Assembly: GCA_963823335.1 (NCBI GenBank)
Contig: CAWGLD010000006.1
Span: 64,001-128,000, forward strand
DNA length: 64,000 nt
Direction: 5' to 3'
DNA from: an uncultured delta proteobacterium
GTDB lineage: Bacteria; Desulfobacterota; Desulfobacteria; Desulfobacterales; B30-G6
Position numbers and translations under genes: made by a program. The first letter of the stretch is position 1. Every line of letters starts with the position of its first letter. The notes beneath the pieces are model-generated. The model saw nothing but the letters and a program-made list of their open reading frames with translations. It searched no databases and was not told the origin of the DNA. Below, one piece after another: positions 19,526-28,837 of this stretch.

Positions 19526-20290
19526 ATGAAAATTCTTGTATGTGTCAAACATGTGCCGGATACTGCGGCAAACATCAAGGTCGTGGGAGATAACGGATTT
19601 GACGAGTCGGTAAAATTCGTCATGAATCCCTATGACGAATATGCGGTGGAAGAGGCCGTCAGAACCGTTCAGAAGAACGGCGGTGAAGTAGTGGTGGTAT
19701 CTGTGGGAAAGCCAAGTGCCGCCAACACCCTGCGAAGCGCGCTGGCGGTGGGCGCCGACAGGGGCATCCTTGTCAAGACAGATGCCCAGTTTCTGGACAG
19801 CGAAACGACCGCCCGGGCCCTCAAGGCCGTTATTGATCAGGATGGTGCTCCGGATCTTATTTTTACCGGAAAACAGTCCGTAGACAGCGAAGGCATGCAG
19901 ACCCATTATCGGCTGGCTGGAAAACTGGGCCTCCCTGTTGCATCGGAGGTGTCGGCTTTCAGTATGGAAAACGATAAAGCCATTGTAGAATGTGAAATTG
20001 GCGGTGGCAACCGAGAAGTGATTGAAATGACCATGCCTTGCGTCATCGGTGCTACAAAGGGTTTGAACGAGCCCCGCTACCCCAAACTGCCCGATATTCT
20101 CAAAGCCAAAAAGAAACCTCTTGTTGAAATGGAATTGTCCGATTTGGGCATTGCCATGTCATCGATTTCATCCACGACAAAGCTGACACCGGTAAAAGAA
20201 CGTGGTGCAGCGACGATGCTCCAAGGCTCGGTCGGGGATATGGTTGCAGACCTGGTCAACCGGCTTGAAAACGAGGTTAAGGTTCTTTAA
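19526..20290 (+). CDS. etfB: Electron transfer flavoprotein beta subunit
   Basis: VCVKHVPDT, NPYDEYAVEEA, GKQSVD, NEPRYP. Confidence 0.95.
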   Translation: MKILVCVKHVPDTAANIKVVGDNGFDESVKFVMNPYDEYAVEEAVRTVQKNGGEVVVVSVGKPSAANTLRSALAVGADRGILVKTDAQFLDSETTARALKAVIDQDGAPDLIFTGKQSVDSEGMQTHYRLAGKLGLPVASEVSAFSMENDKAIVECEIGGGNREVIEMTMPCVIGATKGLNEPRYPKLPDILKAKKKPLVEMELSDLGIAMSSISSTTKLTPVKERGAATMLQGSVGDMVADLVNRLENEVKVL

Positions 20291-20412
20291 TAAATTCGGT
20301 GCACGAATTTATTCCGTGCCGGGCCCTTCGGACCCGGGTATCTGCAATATACTTGGGTTTTATTGATAACTACATATTTTTTGATCATCTCCCAAAGAGT
20401 TGATCAAAATGA

Positions 20413-20686
20413 AGGGTTCAAGGATTCCAGGGGTCCAGGGTTCGAGTGAGATGAAGTAGGGTGTCAGCTAAATGCTTAAGAATTATAAAGAGTTAAACGA
20501 TTGGAAAAAATCGTATAAACTTTGTTTGGATAAACGATGATATCTGGCGATTTGGGTTATGTGGAGAAAGAAAGGCTTGAGGAATTAAGAATGAAGATCG
20601 GAGATGTAGAGAGAATGCTAAAAGTGATGATCACATCCCTGGAAAACAAACACTTGAATCCTTGAATCCTGGACTCCTTGAACCCT
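20413..20686 (+). pseudogene. Internally deleted four-helix-bundle (23S rRNA IVP-like) gene flanked by inverted octamer arrays
   Basis: 20472-20540 MLKNYKELNDWKKSYKLCLD and 20537-20665 MISGDLGYVEKERLEELRMKIGDVERMLKVMITSL match the family N- and C-termini; arrays at 20413-20446 and 20653-20686. Confidence 0.8.
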
Positions 20687-20738
20687 TTCTCCCAACTTAT
20701 TGGGAGAAGAACCATATTTTTAACGCACGAGGGAGAGT

Positions 20739-21674
20739 ATGAGCATGTCCAATATTGGTGTATTGATAGAAATGGATGGGCAAGAGATAAAGGCACCCAA
20801 TTACGGTGTCTTGACGGCAGCCTGCGCGGGCGGGAATGTCGTAGCGCTGGTTTTTACCGATGACGGTCAGGCCTGTAAAGGCGAGTTGGAACGATTTGGC
20901 GCAGAGAAGATTGTGACAATGTCTGCGGAGAGTCCGGTTCAAAAGGCAAACCTGCTGGCAGCCGCGATCAAAGAATATGATCTGCGTGTGCTGATGGGAC
21001 TTTCCAGCGCACGGGGTCGCGATCTTCTGAGCCGATGCGCCTGCATACTTGATGCACCGCTGGCTCTGGATGCCATACAAGCAAACCTGTCGGACGGAAC
21101 GGTAGTAAAAAGCCATTTTTCAGGGAAAACAACGGCAGCCATAAAACTCACAGGCGAAACGCTGCTGATCGGCCTGCGTCCCAATGTGATCGAGCCCATT
21201 GAAAATCCCGTGTCCGCTGAACGTATCTCCTTCAGCGCAGAAGCAGGCAACAGCGATGGTTTTAAAGTCCTTGAAGTCAAAAAGGGGGGTTCAGGTGCCA
21301 TTGATCTGACCGAAGCTGAAATTATCATTACCGGTGGACGCCCCATGGATTCGGCTGAGAACTTCAAGATCCTTTATGCTTGTGCCAAGGAGCTGGGCGC
21401 TGCCGTGGGGGCCTCTCGTGCGGCTGTGGACGCAGGTTTCGCACCACACAGCATGCAGGTGGGCCAGACCGGCAAGACGGTTTCGCCCAAACTTTATATT
21501 GGCTGTGGCCTGTCCGGTTCTGTTCAGCATTTTGCTGGAATGAAAACTTCCCGGGTGATTGTGGGTATCAACACGGACAAAGATGCACCCATTTTCGGTA
21601 AGTGCGACTATGGCATCGTAGGGGATCTGTTCGAAGTCGTTCCGGCATTGACGGAAGCACTAAAAGCTCGTTAG
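20739..21674 (+). CDS. etfA: Electron transfer flavoprotein alpha subunit
   Basis: LTEAEIIITGGR, GASRAAVD, QVGQTGKTV, SGSVQH. Confidence 0.95.
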   Translation: MSMSNIGVLIEMDGQEIKAPNYGVLTAACAGGNVVALVFTDDGQACKGELERFGAEKIVTMSAESPVQKANLLAAAIKEYDLRVLMGLSSARGRDLLSRCACILDAPLALDAIQANLSDGTVVKSHFSGKTTAAIKLTGETLLIGLRPNVIEPIENPVSAERISFSAEAGNSDGFKVLEVKKGGSGAIDLTEAEIIITGGRPMDSAENFKILYACAKELGAAVGASRAAVDAGFAPHSMQVGQTGKTVSPKLYIGCGLSGSVQHFAGMKTSRVIVGINTDKDAPIFGKCDYGIVGDLFEVVPALTEALKAR

Positions 21675-21679
21675 ACGAT

Positions 21680-21825
21680 TAGAAGCTATCTCAAAAAAGT
21701 TTTTTAGCCCAATTTCTGTGTTGGTCCCTTGCTTCAACTCCTCGGAATACTTGAGTATGCCTGCGGGTTGAAGTTCGGGCCCGCCTTGAACTTGAGCCAA
21801 AACCCTTTTTTTGAGATGGCTTCTA
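21680..21825 (-). mobile_element. 146-bp MITE-like element, copy 2
   Basis: Reverse-complement copy lying between convergent etfA and the mttB-like gene. Confidence 0.9.
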
Positions 21826-21878
21826 GACTGTTAGACCCTATGCGGCCTATTAGTCTAACAGCCTAACAGCCTAAATAC

Positions 21879-23159
21879 CTACCGTTTTTCAGGTATGAGT
21901 CCCTTCTCTACCACCATTCTGGCCCAGTCGTCAAAGGCACTCAAATTCGCCGTGGTATGTGCATCCGTATGATAGTCACAACTGGCTACCCGCTGAATGA
22001 CATCAAATGCCTGCCTGTCTTCCGGGAGATACAGTGGTTTCAATTCTGACGAATCCCTGCCGGATTCCAGGTATTCACGATGTGACTGGCAATCGCGCTG
22101 GAATGCATCCTCACTGAAGAAATTGAGATTGTCCAGTACACCGAAACAGTGACGGGCCTTGTGGACACCGAAATCGCAAAGTATTTTTCGCCCGCGTTCC
22201 CCATCGGAAAGGGCCTGTTTGTTCGGGTTCTTTTCACCCGTGCTTCCACCGGACTGAACGGTGGGAAGCCCGGTCACCCACATGTTCAAACGCGCCACGG
22301 CCACATTTAAAAGATTCATGGCATCATTTGAATAATCGAGATCGCCATCGGGTCTTGTGGTGCAGGGCATGCCGCCAAACATGCACAACATTCCGGGGTT
22401 GACTGTCTGGGTTACGGCCAGCATGAACAGGACCTCGGCATGGGTGATCACGATGCAGGCTTCGGGTGTCTGAGGGGCTGTTCTTCCTGCCAGCGGCATG
22501 GTTGTCAAGCGTAGATTGTTTCCAGACTTGGCGCTCTTTATGAGCGCATCCATCATGTTGTCCATGCAGATCAGAGGGGACTTGACACCGCAGATGGAAT
22601 CGTGCCAGTCTTCCCGACCGGAAAACCATTTTACAGCGGCGTCCTCTTCCATGTAGGCGCTGCAGGTAACCTTGATGCAGCCGCTCAGCCGGTCCATGAT
22701 CTGGTTACATTTGAGCGGATCACCTTTTTGGACCTTGACCGGCTGGCTTAGAAATCGAACGACATCGAGGTTTTCCCCAATAACCCCGATGAGATGTTCC
22801 AGTTCTTCGTAGGATGCCGGCATGGGGTAACGATCTGCTTCCCGGTATAAAAATGGTGGAATACCGCCGATCCCTAGCGTGTTTTGCCCCTCGTCGCCTT
22901 GAAACGATTTTGCCGCCGAGGACAGGCATTGATCCACCAATTCCGGAAGTAGATAGATACGACCGGCAGAAGAATCGTAGCCGGCAAGACCGGTGCCTTC
23001 CAAAATAGAAATGACATCCTGGTTTTTTGTTTCTATGCCGACTTCGGCCAGGACTGATTTGGTGGTGTCATGAATTCTCTCATAGGATTCTTTTTCTTTC
23101 AGAAGTGCGTCTTGATAAACTTCGGGAGCCTTTTCTATCAATGCGTTGATATGGGTCAT
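21879..23159 (-). CDS. Divergent MttB-superfamily methyltransferase without pyrrolysine (426 aa)
   Basis: RIHDTTKSVLAEVGI, MPLAGRTAPQT, HAEVLFMLAVTQTVNPG, GLPTVQSGGST; GGAG RBS before ATG 23159. Confidence 0.8.
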   Translation of the reverse strand: MTHINALIEKAPEVYQDALLKEKESYERIHDTTKSVLAEVGIETKNQDVISILEGTGLAGYDSSAGRIYLLPELVDQCLSSAAKSFQGDEGQNTLGIGGIPPFLYREADRYPMPASYEELEHLIGVIGENLDVVRFLSQPVKVQKGDPLKCNQIMDRLSGCIKVTCSAYMEEDAAVKWFSGREDWHDSICGVKSPLICMDNMMDALIKSAKSGNNLRLTTMPLAGRTAPQTPEACIVITHAEVLFMLAVTQTVNPGMLCMFGGMPCTTRPDGDLDYSNDAMNLLNVAVARLNMWVTGLPTVQSGGSTGEKNPNKQALSDGERGRKILCDFGVHKARHCFGVLDNLNFFSEDAFQRDCQSHREYLESGRDSSELKPLYLPEDRQAFDVIQRVASCDYHTDAHTTANLSAFDDWARMVVEKGLIPEKR

Positions 23160-23175
23160 GACATTTTCTCCAGTC

Positions 23176-25599
23176 TTAAGCGAGTATCTTCTTCCGTTCA
23201 GGATCATACAATTGACGGTTGAGTTCCAGTTGGATCGGGAAGACTGTTTTATAAGACTCGATTTCATATCCATCTGTGACCCCGCTCATGTCTGCGGGAA
23301 GATATCCATAACAGATATTTTTTCCGATGGTGTGACCGTACCCTGAACTGGAGGTTACACCCACCACGGTGCCGTTGTGCAGAATAGGCGCGCTTCCCTG
23401 GAGCATTAGCGGCTTTTCCGCATGGATGGTGAAAGTGCACAGCTTCCAAGGGGCACCTTCGGTCTTGATTCTTGCCAGGGCCTCTTTGCCGATAAAATCA
23501 TTCTTGTCAAGCGCAACACAAAAACCCAGACCGACATCAAATGGGGTGTATTCGGGAGTGAGCTCGGAACCCCAGTCGGCGTATCCTTTTTCCAGATGCA
23601 GGGAGGCGATTGTTCGGTATCCGGCGTTTTTAATTCCGAGATCCTGACCGGCCTCCCATAGTGTATCGTATACATGGCCAGCAAATTCTGTGGGGATATA
23701 CAGTTCGTAACCGAGTTCCCCCACATAGGTCACCCGAAAGGAAATGACCGGTGCATACCCTACGCTGAAAGATTTGCAGGTCCCGAACGGAAAACTCTTG
23801 TTGGTCAGGTCTTCTTGGGTTGTTTTTTTCAACAGTTCTCTCGATTTGGGCCCGATGACATTGATGACAGCATAGGCCGACGTAACTTCCCGGAATGAAA
23901 CGGTGCCGTCAGTGGGCATGTGGTTTTCGATCCACCACGATGTGCGGAGACCGAAGGCCGTGCCGACAACGATCATAAATTTATCTGTTGTCAAGCGACC
24001 GACGGTCATGTCACATTCGATGGTGCCGCGTCCATTGCACATCTGCGTGTAGATCACCTTCCCCACAGGCTGGTCGATCTGATTGGCACAAAGCCGGTTC
24101 AGAAACGGAAGGGCGCCCGGACCTTGCACCTCGAATTTGCAGAAAGAGCTCTGGTCGATTAGCACCACATTTTCGCGAGCGTTTTGATGCTCGGCAGCCA
24201 CATATCCAAACCAGTTCGGGGTTTCGAAAGTAACATCATCTTGCGGCTCAATACCTTCCGGCGCAAACCAGTTGGCCCTTTCCCACCCGTATTTTGCCCC
24301 GTAAACGGCACCTTTATCTTTGAGCTGGTAATAGAGGGGGCTACGTCTCACCCCTCTTGCGGAGTCATGCTCTTCGTGAGGCCAATGAATGGTATAATGT
24401 TTGCCGTATAGTTCCCTTGTTCTTTCCACATTGTACCTTCGGCTATGGTGATACGGACCAAATCTTCGGATATCCAGCGGCCAGATATCGAGACTCGGCT
24501 CTCCCTCGATAATCCATTCAGCCATCATCCGCCCGGCGCCACCACCGGCAGCTATTCCGAACGCGTTGAATCCCGCAGCTACGAAACAGTTATCGAGTTC
24601 CGGGGCGGGCCCCATAATGGCATCACCGTCCGGGGTAAATGCCTCCGGCCCATTGACCAGACGGGCAATACCGGCTTCTTCGAGGCACGGCGTTCGCCGC
24701 ATGGCCGGATCTGATAGCGATTGGAAATGGTCATAATCGGGTTCCAGCAACTGAGAAATGAAATCATTGCCCACGCCATTGATGGCCCACGGTATTCCGT
24801 TGCGTTCATAGCCGCCCATGACCAGACCACCCACTTCGTCTTTATAATAGAGAAGACTGTCTTTGTCGCGGATGGTGGGAAGGTTTGGTGGCATCCCCTG
24901 GATCTCATCCGTGACTAGAAACTGGTGCTGGAAAGGAACCAGGGGTATGTTGACGCCCAGCATTTCCCCTACCTGGTATCCCCACATGCCCGTACAGTTG
25001 ACGACAATATCGCATTGAATATCACCTTTGTCGGTTTTTACCGTGGTAACCCGTCTCTTGTCGAATTCAAAGCCGGTCACCAGCGTGTGCTCATATATGC
25101 TCGCACCTCGATTCCTGGCACCTTTGGCCATGGCCTGGGTGATCCCCGCAGGATCCGCCTGGCCATCTGTGGGCATAAAAGCTGCGCCAATAATATCATC
25201 TATAGTAATGATCGGGCAAAGATCGTAAGCCTCCTTGGGCGTGATAATGTTCATCTCCAGTCCGAAACTGCGTGCCGTGGTAGCCCCCTTTTTCAGTTCG
25301 TACATACGCTCTTTTGTGCTGGCCAGATGAAGACAACCACTTTTTTTCCAGCCCGTGGTCAATCCTGTTTCAGCCTCGAGCTGTTCGTAGAGACTAACGC
25401 TGTACTGCAGCATCCGGGTAATGTTTCGTTCACTGCGCAGTTGACCCACAAGCCCGGCAGCATGCCAGGTGGAACCACTGGTGAGCTCTCCCTTTTCGAG
25501 TATCACCACATCGTTCCATCCCATCTTGGTTAGATGGTAGGCTGTGCTGCAACCAATAATGCCACCGCCAATAATTACAACCTGTGCACGATCTTGCAT
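23176..25599 (-). CDS. Dimethylglycine/sarcosine dehydrogenase-like FAD oxidoreductase with GcvT (folate) domain
   Basis: IIGGGIIG, LTSGSTWHAAG, NGPEAFTPD, GWERANWF, YVGELGYE, LEKGY. Confidence 0.9.
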   Translation of the reverse strand: MQDRAQVVIIGGGIIGCSTAYHLTKMGWNDVVILEKGELTSGSTWHAAGLVGQLRSERNITRMLQYSVSLYEQLEAETGLTTGWKKSGCLHLASTKERMYELKKGATTARSFGLEMNIITPKEAYDLCPIITIDDIIGAAFMPTDGQADPAGITQAMAKGARNRGASIYEHTLVTGFEFDKRRVTTVKTDKGDIQCDIVVNCTGMWGYQVGEMLGVNIPLVPFQHQFLVTDEIQGMPPNLPTIRDKDSLLYYKDEVGGLVMGGYERNGIPWAINGVGNDFISQLLEPDYDHFQSLSDPAMRRTPCLEEAGIARLVNGPEAFTPDGDAIMGPAPELDNCFVAAGFNAFGIAAGGGAGRMMAEWIIEGEPSLDIWPLDIRRFGPYHHSRRYNVERTRELYGKHYTIHWPHEEHDSARGVRRSPLYYQLKDKGAVYGAKYGWERANWFAPEGIEPQDDVTFETPNWFGYVAAEHQNARENVVLIDQSSFCKFEVQGPGALPFLNRLCANQIDQPVGKVIYTQMCNGRGTIECDMTVGRLTTDKFMIVVGTAFGLRTSWWIENHMPTDGTVSFREVTSAYAVINVIGPKSRELLKKTTQEDLTNKSFPFGTCKSFSVGYAPVISFRVTYVGELGYELYIPTEFAGHVYDTLWEAGQDLGIKNAGYRTIASLHLEKGYADWGSELTPEYTPFDVGLGFCVALDKNDFIGKEALARIKTEGAPWKLCTFTIHAEKPLMLQGSAPILHNGTVVGVTSSSGYGHTIGKNICYGYLPADMSGVTDGYEIESYKTVFPIQLELNRQLYDPERKKILA

Positions 25600-25811
25600 G
25601 AATCCTCTCCTTATCGGATCGTTTCACGATCCAATCTGACGCGGCCTGGCCGCTTTTTTGAAATTAGCAGACATTGTATTTTTTGTGTTTTGTTTTTCGT
25701 ATTTTGTGTTTGTGTTTGTGGTTGGAATTAGGCCAAATTCTTTTCGCAATTAGACTGTAAACCACTAACAGCTTATTGCTTAAAGCTTATAGCCACCCGC
25801 CAACCCTTGTG

Positions 25812-25912
25812 TGCTGTGATGCTATGATGCTTGGAAGCTGGGTTGCTGCTGTCCGCTCATAGCCGTCAGCTACCCTCCAACCCTGGTATCCCCCTCCACC
25901 CCTCGAACCCTT
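25812..25912 (-). repeat. Composite octamer-array element, copy B
   Basis: Reverse-strand core GCTGACGGCTATGAGCGGACAGCAGC flanked by octamer runs. Confidence 0.7.
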
Positions 25913-25915
25913 TCT

Positions 25916-27919
25916 TTACCCCGTTGCCTCATCGACGATTTCAGCAATATCTTTGACAGTTGCATCTTCCCGGCAGTCCGAAATGCCGTCGGTTAGCATG
26001 GTCACACAGAATGGACAGGCCGCGGCAACCGTTTTCGAACCGGTTGACAGTAACTCTTCGGCACGTTCTATGTTGATGCGTTTTCCAATGGTTTCCTCCA
26101 TAAACATCCTTGCGCCACCAGCGCCACAGCAAAAGCCTTTGTCCCCGTGGCGTTCGGGCAAAACCAATTCACCACCTGTGTTAATGCTGCGCAGGAGTTC
26201 TCGCGGAGCAGCGATAATGCCGTTCCACCTCCCCAGATAGCAAGAATCATGAAAAGCAATATCTCCCAAAGAAGTACCGTTGGGCTTCAGACGACCCTGT
26301 TTCACCAAATCCAGCAAAAACGCCGTGTGGTGGACAACGTCAAATTTTGCGCCAAACTGAGGGTATTCGTTTTTTATGATGTTGTAACAGTGAGGGCAGC
26401 CTGTAAGAATTTTTTTGGGTTTGTAGTGATTGAGGGTCTCAACGTTTTCCTGAATCATGGTCTGAGCCAGGTATTCGTTTCCAGCCCTGCGGGCCATATC
26501 TCCGTTACAGCGTTCCTCCTGACCGAGTATGGCAAAATTGATTCCGGCTCTTTTTAATACGCGCACCAGCGCTCGAGATATTTTTTTCCCACGATCGTCG
26601 AATGATCCGGCACATCCGACGAAATAGAGAAGGTCCGTTTCGGGTTGATCCGACATGAGGGGTACATCCATGTCTTTGCACCAGTCAGCCCGGGTGTCGT
26701 CGGAAAACCCCCATGGATTCGACTGGTTTTCCAGATTCGTAAATGTTTCCTGCATTTCCGGCGGGAATGCAGCCTCCATAAGAACCTGGTATTTTCTAGC
26801 TTCCAGGATAATATCCAGATGCTGGATATTGACAGGACAAATGTCTTCGCAGGCCCGGCAGGTAGTGCATGACCACAGGACATCTTCAGTTACGTGAGAC
26901 GCTTCTCGAATCAACGGTTCGACAGCGTCGATGTTGCCTGCCAAAAGTGGTCCTGCCTGATCGAAAAGATCGTGTTTGATATCGGACACCACTCTCTTTG
27001 GTGAAAGAGGCTTGCCGCTGTAGTCTGCCGGACATTGCTCCTGGCACCGGCCACACTCCGTGCAGGCATACAGATCGAGTACCGATTTCCAGTTTAAATC
27101 CGAAACACGGCCGAGTCCGAAGCTGTCCGCATCCTCGTCTTCGATATCTGTTTTAATGATCGCTTTTTCCCGTTCCAAAGGCTTTAAATAAACATTGGGG
27201 ACGGCTGCCAGCAGATGCAGATGCTTGGACCCGGGAATATAAATGAGAAACCCAAGAATCGTCAGGATGTGGATCCAGTAGGATATTTCATACCCTATCG
27301 TTAACTGACCTACAGTCAGAGACGAAAAAGCGAATAGATTCGCCAAACCGGCTGACACCGTGAAAAAGGCTGAATAGTCAAAACCATCCTCAGCGGGTTG
27401 CGACATCTGGAAGGCATTGACAAGGTGAAACGACACGATGATGACGGCTGTGAAAAGAATGATAAGTTTTGCATCCAGATTATTGGTTAAATATTCAGGT
27501 TTTTCAATCAAGCGTCTGTAAAGAGCATACCCAAGCCCAAACAGAACAAAGATTGCGAGGGTGTCTGCGACAAAGAGGTACGCACCATAGAGGCCAGGCG
27601 ATAAATGAGAAACGTGAAAACCGGGAAATACGCCTTGAACCATCAACTCCAGGGAGTGAGGCTGGACAGCTATAAAACCAAAAAATATCAAGGTATGCGC
27701 CATGCCTGGGAGGAACTTTCTCCTGACATTCGACTGGCCGATCACGTCCGTGAAAAGTGTTTTGACCCTCTCGGGAAAACGATCTATTTGCAGGGACGCC
27801 TTGCCTTTTACGGCCATCATAATTCTGACAAGATGCCTGACCTTTACAAAAAAAAGACTGAATGCGGTTATAAGGAAGACCGCCATTATCAAAGATTTAA
27901 TTATCGTATAGGTACCCAT
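25916..27919 (-). CDS. Membrane Fe-S oxidoreductase (FadF/HdrF-like, probable ETF:quinone oxidoreductase)
   Basis: N-terminal TM domain with KHLH, two CxxCxxCxxxCP motifs, two CCG domains. Confidence 0.88.
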   Translation of the reverse strand: MGTYTIIKSLIMAVFLITAFSLFFVKVRHLVRIMMAVKGKASLQIDRFPERVKTLFTDVIGQSNVRRKFLPGMAHTLIFFGFIAVQPHSLELMVQGVFPGFHVSHLSPGLYGAYLFVADTLAIFVLFGLGYALYRRLIEKPEYLTNNLDAKLIILFTAVIIVSFHLVNAFQMSQPAEDGFDYSAFFTVSAGLANLFAFSSLTVGQLTIGYEISYWIHILTILGFLIYIPGSKHLHLLAAVPNVYLKPLEREKAIIKTDIEDEDADSFGLGRVSDLNWKSVLDLYACTECGRCQEQCPADYSGKPLSPKRVVSDIKHDLFDQAGPLLAGNIDAVEPLIREASHVTEDVLWSCTTCRACEDICPVNIQHLDIILEARKYQVLMEAAFPPEMQETFTNLENQSNPWGFSDDTRADWCKDMDVPLMSDQPETDLLYFVGCAGSFDDRGKKISRALVRVLKRAGINFAILGQEERCNGDMARRAGNEYLAQTMIQENVETLNHYKPKKILTGCPHCYNIIKNEYPQFGAKFDVVHHTAFLLDLVKQGRLKPNGTSLGDIAFHDSCYLGRWNGIIAAPRELLRSINTGGELVLPERHGDKGFCCGAGGARMFMEETIGKRINIERAEELLSTGSKTVAAACPFCVTMLTDGISDCREDATVKDIAEIVDEATG

Positions 27920-27950
27920 TGATTCTCCACCGTGATTCAGATGCGCTCGC

Positions 27951-27997
27951 TAACCCCGCAGCAAGCTAAGGGGGAATGCGCTCGTTGTTTCGGTTCA
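27951..27997 (+). repeat. REP-like GCAGCAAGC repeat; supplies the DeoR stop codon
   Basis: CCCCGCAGCAAGCTAAGGGGGAATGCGCTCGTTGTTTCGGTTCA; similar at ~37868, ~48857, ~52155, ~62894. Confidence 0.65.
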
Positions 27998-28807
27998 AGA
28001 CACAATCACGACGTTAACGCCCATTTTATCGATATATTTCTGAAAATCGGAAGGTATTTTCCGGTTGGTTATAAGGACATTAATGTGTTTAAGAGGTGCA
28101 ATCGATATTTCAGCAACCAGACCGAATTTGAAATGATCCGCCATGACGATCACCTGACCCCGCGTCTGCTGAATCATACTTCTTTCGATGGCAGCTATTT
28201 CAAAATCCGGTGTGCTCACACCGGCACTGAGACTGAGCCCGTCGGCACCGATAAAAACCTTGGTGGCGTTTACCTGTCGGATCATTTCCATGGTCAACGG
28301 CCCTGAAAGCGCGTGGGTTGTGGGGTTGTATCTACCGGGCAACAACACCAGCTCGGCTGCCATGTTTACCGTTTCCGACTCCGGTATTACACCGAGATTG
28401 TTGGTAAATATGGTAAAAGGCAGGGCGGGGTCCACAAAACGAACCAACATCGATGCCGTGGTTCCTTCCCCAATGTAAACCGTGTCATGGGGTTCGATCA
28501 GGGACGCAGCTTTTTGGGCAATTTTTTCTTTTTGCTCACGATTCTCATTTATGCTGTTTCGGTAATGAAAGTTGCTTGTCACCCGCTCCTGCCGGAACAC
28601 GGCCCCGCCGTGGGTTCTTTCCACAAGCCCCGATTGTTCTAGAACATCCAGATCTCGGCGAATCGTCATCTCGGATACACCGAGCAGTTTGCTCAAATTT
28701 GAACTCCGCGTACTGAAATCTTCTTTCAGGATATCGATTATTCGCTGCTGCCGCTCGACAGGCAGGAACGAATTATTTTTACTCTTGTTTATCAGTGTGT
28801 GTTTCAT
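27995..28807 (-). CDS. DeoR/GlpR-family transcriptional regulator
   Basis: ERQQRII, VSEMTIRRDL, RTHGGA, GEGTT. Confidence 0.93.
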   Translation of the reverse strand: MKHTLINKSKNNSFLPVERQQRIIDILKEDFSTRSSNLSKLLGVSEMTIRRDLDVLEQSGLVERTHGGAVFRQERVTSNFHYRNSINENREQKEKIAQKAASLIEPHDTVYIGEGTTASMLVRFVDPALPFTIFTNNLGVIPESETVNMAAELVLLPGRYNPTTHALSGPLTMEMIRQVNATKVFIGADGLSLSAGVSTPDFEIAAIERSMIQQTRGQVIVMADHFKFGLVAEISIAPLKHINVLITNRKIPSDFQKYIDKMGVNVVIVS

Positions 28808-28837
28808 TTGTTAAACGGACATGTTTAAAAAGTTTGT

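Noticed and set aside
20472-20665. Diversity-generating retroelement (Avd-like gene)
   Set aside because: No reverse transcriptase or TR/VR pair in the window, and the gene is deleted internally.
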